Assembly (NCBI RefSeq): GCF_009914755.1
Contig: NC_060936.1
Length of the DNA: 64,000 nucleotides
From: the human T2T-CHM13v2.0 reference genome, Homo sapiens
Strand: one strand, 5' to 3'
Shown here: one piece after another, positions 58,413 to 64,000 of the stretch
Position numbering within the stretch: position 1 is the stretch's first letter
How the letters are laid out: every line of letters starts with the position of its first letter
Notes under the pieces: model-generated
What the model was told of the DNA's origin: nothing
What the model saw: only the letters and a program-made list of their open reading frames with translations
Databases searched by the model: none
Made by a program: the position numbers and the translations under genes

Positions 58413-60158
58413 ATGATCTCGTTTTCCAGAGCACCCTCTTTACCTTCCTATTTGCTCTTCGCCTCTGTATCCCTCCTGCTTTCTTGGATACCTCATACCA
58501 TCACCCCTCCCCTTTCACTAGCTCCTAATTACCTCTACAAGACTCTCAACTCAACTCACACTCTGTTAAACCAGTCCAATCCTTCCCTGGCAAATGACTG
58601 TTGGCTGTGTATCTCTCTATCAACCTCTGCCTAAGTTGCCACTCCCATTCCCGCAAAAAACTGGGTCTTTACCAACTTGACCTACCACCCTCGTTATGAA
58701 GGAAAAGACCCTTTCCAACTTCTAAATATACAATCATTAGCCGACTTCCCCATATCTGATAGGACCAAGAACATCCTAACAGGACGTGCAACCCAACTTT
58801 TACGTTCTTACATTTCCAACCTCACCTATTACACAAGCAATGAAAAGCCCATACACAGCCCTGTAACCACGAATACTATCTTAACTTTCCAAGCCCCTTT
58901 ATGCATCCAATGCAACCTGTTATCAGGCCTGCCTCTGGGGCACCTACCACCGCATCAGTGTAATTACACCCTACAACTTCAAGCCCCAACTGATCATAGT
59001 AACTTTTGAGTCACCTAAACAGCTCCATTCAGATGGCTTGTCCACTTCTCAGGGCCCCCCAGAATCATCACCTCCTCCCTACTTAACAAACAGTCCAGGT
59101 TTTGTAATGGCAAACATACACCCTGCATGACCATTCACCCCTGGACTCCCTGCAGCAGTGCCCCCACCACTAGTGAATGCCTTCTCATCCTCTCTTTCAA
59201 TCACTCTCTTGAATGGTTCCCTAGTGGATACAAAACATTTTTTTCTCCAATGGGAAAATAGAACACAGGAAGCCACTCAGTTTGCTCCCAACACCCCTTT
59301 CCAGCCGCTCACTGGAGCTACCTTGGCAAGTACTCTAGGAGTATGGGAAAATGAAAACAAAAAACTCACACACCTTTTTAACATACATAACCAGTTCTGT
59401 CTACCCAGCCAAGGCATATCCTTCTTATGTGGAATGTCGACCTATATCTGCCTCCCCACTAACTGGACAGCCACCTGCACCTTAGTCTTTCTAAGTCCCA
59501 ACATTAACATTACCCCAGGAAATCAGACCTTATCAGTACCCCTCAAAGCTCAATTCCGTCAGCTCAGAGCCATACAACTAATACCCCTACTTATAGGGTT
59601 AGGAATGGCTACTGCTACAGGAACCGGAATAGCCGGTTTATCTACTTCATTATCCTACTACCACACACTCTCAAAGGATTTCTCAGACAGTTTGCAAGAA
59701 ATAATGAAATCTATTCTTACTTCATAATCCCAAATAGATTCTTTGGCAGCAGTGACTCTCCAAAACTGCCAAAGCCTAGACCTCCTCACTGCTGAGAAAG
59801 GAGGACTCTGCACCTTCTTAGGGGAGGAGTGTTGTTTTTACACTAACCAGTAGGGGATAGTACGAGATGCCACCCGGCATTTACAGGAAAAGGCTTCTGA
59901 AAGCAGACAACGCCTTTCAAATTCTTATACCAACCTCTGGAGTTGGGCAACATGGCTTCTCCCCTTCCTAGGTCCCATGGCAGCCAGCTGCTACTCGCTT
60001 TTGGGCCCCTTATTTTTATCCTTCTTGTCAAATTTGTTTCCTCTAGAATCGAGGCCATCAAGCTACAGATGGTCTTACAAATGGAACCCCAAATGAGTTC
60101 AACTAACAACTTCTACCGAGGACCCCGGACGAACCCACTGGCACTTCCCCTGGCCTAA
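58413..60158 (+). pseudogene. env: Gamma-type env, full length but inactivated
   Basis: Signal-like N-terminus, CWLC, RQLR cleavage site plus fusion peptide [35 protein letters not shown]6CC, TM anchor and tail; five stops and two frameshifts by hand translation. Confidence 0.92.
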
Positions 60159-60286
60159 AGAGTTCCCCTCCGGAGGACGCTACAACTGCAGAGCCCCTTC
60201 TTTGCCCCTATCCAGCAGGAAGTAGCTAGAGCAGTCATCAGCCAAATTCCCAACAGCAGTTGGGTTGTCCTGTTTAGAGGGGGGAT

Positions 60287-61657
60287 TGAGAGGTGACAGC
60301 GTGCTGGCAGCCCTCACAGCCCTCACTCGCTCTCGGCGCCTCCTCAGCCTTAGCGCCCACTCGGACTACACTTGAGGAGCCCTTCAGCCTGCTGCTGCAC
60401 TGTGGGAGCCCCTTTCTGGACTGGCCAAGGTTGGAGCCGGCTCCCTCAGCTTGCGGGGAGGTGTGGAGGGAGAGGTGCGGGCGGGAACTGGGGCTGCACA
60501 CGGCACTTGCAGGCCAGCATGAGTTCCGGGTGGGCGTGGGCTCGGCAGGCCTCGCACTCGGAGTGGCCAGCTGGCCCCGCCAGCCCCAGGCAGTGAGGGG
60601 CTTAGCACCTGGGCCAGCAGCTGCTGTGCTCAATTTCTCACTGGGCCTTAGTTGCCTTCCCACAGGGCAGGGCTCAGGACCTGCAGTCTGCCATGCCTGA
60701 GCCTCCCCCGCCCCTGTGGGCTCCTGTGCGGCGTGAGCCTCCCCGACGAGTGCCGCCCCTGCTCCATGGCGCCCAGTACCATTGACCACCCAAGGGCTGA
60801 GGAGTGCAGGCACATGGCGCGGAACTGGCAGGACAGCTCCACCTGCGGCCCTGGTGCAGGATCCACCAGGTGAAGCCAGCTGGGCTCCTGAGTCTGGTGG
60901 GGACTTGGAGAACCTTTATGTCTAGCTAAGGGATTGTAAATACACCAATCAGCACTCTGTATCTAGCTCAAGGTTTGTAAAAACAACAATCAGCACCCTG
61001 TGTCTAGCTCAGGGTTTGTGAATGCACCGATCGACACTCTGTATCTAGCTAATCTAGTGGGGACGTGGAGAACTTTTGTGTCTAGCTCAGGAATTGTAAA
61101 CGCACCAATCAGCACCCTGTCAAAACGGACCAATCAGCTCTCTGTAAAATGGACCAATTGGCTCTCTGTAAAATGGACTAATCAGCAGGATGTGGCTCTG
61201 GCCAGATAAGAGAATAAAAAAAGGCTGCCTGAGCCAACAGTGGCAACCCTCTTGGGTAGCCTTCCACACTGTGGAAGCTTTGTTCTTTCGCTCTTTGCAA
61301 TAAATCTTGCTGCTGCTCACTCTTTTGGTCCACACTGCCTTTATGAGCTGTAACACTCACCGCGAAGGTCTACAGCTTCACTCCTGAAGCCAGCAAGACC
61401 ATGAACCACCAGGAGGAAAAAACAACTCCAGACGCACCGCCTTAAGAGCTGTAACACTCACCGCCAAAGTCCGCAGCTTCACTCCTGAGCCAGCGAGACC
61501 ACAAACCCACCAGAAGGAAGAAACTCCGAACACATCCAAACATCAGAAGGAACAAACTCCAGACACGCCGCCTTTAAGAACTGTAACACTCACCGTGAGG
61601 GTCCACGGCTTCATTCTTGAAGTCAGTGAGTCCAAGAACCCACCAATTCTGGACACA
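60287..61657 (+). mobile_element. 3' LTR12 (LTR12C/E-like), 1371 bp
   Basis: Starts tgagaggtgacagcgtgctggcag and ends ccaattctggacaca; GC-rich U3, tctagct/ccaatcag repeats, poly(A) signal at 61299-61304, three ctgtaacactcaccg U5 repeats. Confidence 0.96.
60870..61230 (+). promoter_or_regulatory. LTR12 enhancer/promoter array (NF-Y, GATA, TATA-like)
   Basis: CCAAT at 60945, 61105, 61130 and 61154; AGATAAG 61204-61210; AATAAAA 61213-61219. Confidence 0.75.
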
Positions 61658-63899
61658 AAAGGGGTGGAGAGAGAGCTAGAGAGAGAAAGAATGAGAGTGA
61701 GGAAGACCACTTTGGGTATAACTGGTGAAGTTCCAGTAACTACAATATATACCACCACTCCATTTAACAGCAAGAGTTAACTTTAGTCATTTTAGATGAT
61801 TTGGAATTCTGTCACTAGCTAAGGTCCAATAGGCCACTTAATAAACATTTCAGGCCATAGTAAGGATTATTGACTTTAAGTGTAGAGAAACTGCTGGAGG
61901 AATGGCCAGTTTACATTTCACTTCTGTGAAATCTTCCCTGACCTACACAAGGAAAAAAAAACACAGAGGACAGACCAAAGAAAAGAGAAAAAGGGGATCT
62001 AAGTATATAAAAAGGGAAACAAAAGATGAGAAAAGAAAAAAGAGAAGAAAAGCTTTCCCCTAGAGTCACAAGCCTGTATACTTTTATAACACTAATGTGA
62101 CATGGACCAATACTTAGAAAACTTTTTTTTTCCTCTCTGCTTTTTAAGGAGGTTTCCACCTAAAACTGCTGAGTTATTTGTGATAACAGTAATGAGCTTG
62201 CTTAGTTAGGGAGCAATTAAATTGATCTACAAAATTATACAAACAGAGAGGAGATAACATGAGCAAGTTGTAATTAGTGTTTAAAAGGAAAAAAAAACAT
62301 ATTTTTAAATGGAATCAGATAGATCAGTAGACTGGGGGCTTCTGTAATATTTAGGACTTCAGGGGCTCTAGCAAAGGTAAGTGGATTTTAGGGTATTTGG
62401 TCCTGAGATGTGTGATGCAATTTATTTTGATACATATTTGAGAAATTTTAGTAAAGATATAAATTGCTTTTCAATGTTCTATAGACTTTAAACTGATGAT
62501 GCTTGAATGTAACTTGGTGCTGACGCATGTCTCATGACAGCTCATCTGCTATAGCAACGGTATAGATGCTGGGTCAGAATGAATTGAAGTGGGTCCACTG
62601 ATGATGAATCTCTTGAGAATAGATGTCAGATGCTGTGTCACCTATTTTCTCAATTCTTCCTCCCCTATATTATAGGTGCCTCAGTTCCCTCTTGCAGGCT
62701 CTGGTATATTCATAGGTATAGCCCCAACTATGACTTCTTTCAATAGGAATTTAAGAGACTCCCAAGGAATTCTTTATACTACGTGAGAGAGCTGCATACC
62801 AGCATATAATCTGTTCTCTATCTAGAATTTGCAGTTGCTTATGTAACTCATTACATCTTCCTCCTTGTGCACCTAATGACCTTTATGTCATAGTATTCTT
62901 CTAAGGAACTAGTGAAACTGTTGGTTGCTAGTATGTATGAAACCATAAACTAGAATGCATACATACAATAGCTGCCACAAAAGTACTTTCTGCAAGTAGT
63001 ATATAAGATTTTAATTAGTATATAGTGAATGTATGCATTAAATGAGTTCTGGGCTCTGTGTTCTATTCTTTAATTTCAAGTTCTCAATTCTTAAAGAAAT
63101 ATATATTGCATTAATAATGAAGCCACTCTCATTTCAAGACAGCAGTTAAATTATTGGTTGATACAGTTTATTTTTTTGGCAACCACATTAGTTGTTCATC
63201 TCTTTTATAGTTGTGTTCTGTGGGTAGTTTTATAAAAGCATTTCACTTCACCTGAGTCTTGTAACTTTAATTTTAGCATATAAGTATGAGGTCCAACTTT
63301 CAGTTTGAAAGTTGGAAGAAGATTATTCCATAACTAGGAGAAAGAAAAAAAGCTTCACTCTAAATACTTAGAGAATTATTCTTCACAAGTTGAGACAGCC
63401 ACACTTATCCAGAGTCTGTTATCTTCATTTGCGACAATGGTGACTACTCTCTCCCATGCACTTCCCAATCTTCATTCAAGGCACATATATCTTAGAGGGA
63501 TGGTTCTAGCAGCAGCAGCTAACACATCTGGCATGAGTTCCAGTGACCCAACAGCAGCAAAGAAGAAATCTAGAATGGTTCCTTCTGCCTCATGTATAAA
63601 TATATCTAAAAGGAAACTATCTTTTTAAAGAGTGTCCCTGAAAATACTCTCATCTCTGTCTACCCACAGGGTGACCCTCTGCTTCACCAGCATAGCAGTT
63701 ATACTACCAGGATAAGGAAGAAAGTCTTTCATCAATGTTTAATAATGTACTCTTAAATAGCTTATTCTCATGCACCAACAGAGGGCCGAGAATTTGACAG
63801 CCAGAATACCAGCATCCCTCTCTCTTGTATAACTTGTTATGCCATTCAAAACGTACTTTCATTGATTCTCACCTTATGGCCCATAACTCTCTTGAGGTA

Positions 63900-64000
63900 T
63901 AAGAAAAAAATTATAAAAATGAGTGGATTACCAAAGGTCAAAAAGTTCTAGAGATCTGCTGTACAAAATTGTGCTTCTAGTTAACAATATTGTATCATAC
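63900..64000 (+). mobile_element. L1MA/MB 3' UTR fragment
   Basis: aagttctagagatctgctgtacaaaattgtgcttctagttaacaatattgta; runs off the window end. Confidence 0.7.

Larger units (their letters stand above)
53681..61657 (+). mobile_element. HERV9 (ERV9/LTR12) provirus lacking most of the 5' LTR, leader and 5' gag
   Basis: gag-pro-pol-env order, polypurine tract agaggggggat (60276-60286), complete 3' LTR12, 15-bp 5' LTR stub and 4-bp TSD aaag at 53677-53680 and 61658-61661. Confidence 0.93.

Noticed and set aside
58413-60158. Domesticated syncytin-like env gene
   Set aside because: Five stops, two frameshifts and a mutated immunosuppressive domain
60274-60873. Overlapping 72-179 aa ORFs and CpG-island-like sequence
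   Set aside because: By-product of the GC-rich LTR12 U3 region, not a host gene or host CpG island
53681-61657. L1-generated processed retroviral pseudogene as explanation for the missing 5' LTR
   Set aside because: The 3' LTR has complete U5 ending in CA, there is no poly(A) tail, the TSD is 4 bp, and a U3-start stub is present at the 5' end

Overview
Catarrhine/hominoid (human-like) nuclear DNA that is AT-rich, CpG-depleted and carries no recognisable host protein-coding exon. Positions 1-17.3 kb are mostly unique or ancient-repeat sequence (L2, MIR, old LTR/L1 pieces, two Alus), with a strong CTCF motif and a few weak candidate non-coding exons. From 17.4 to 61.7 kb the window is a nested set of dead transposons: an L1MC1/2 split by a near-full-length L1MA (itself split by a MER74-like LTR) and three Alus; a minus-strand L1M carrying an old L1PB insertion with an apparent 3' transduction; an L1PA15/16; a Tigger2 split by an Alu that is split by a full-length L1PA4-like element; and a HERV9 provirus (gag-pro-pol-env plus complete 3' LTR12) whose 5' LTR survives only as a 15-bp stub inside an intact AAAG target-site duplication. 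All long ORFs are broken retroelement genes. I find no convincing new biological system. The best second-look items are the 3' transduction, the 5'-LTR-stub provirus, its full-length HERV-H-like env and a hairpin minisatellite. Subfamily names come from remembered consensus motifs and need RepeatMasker/Dfam confirmation.
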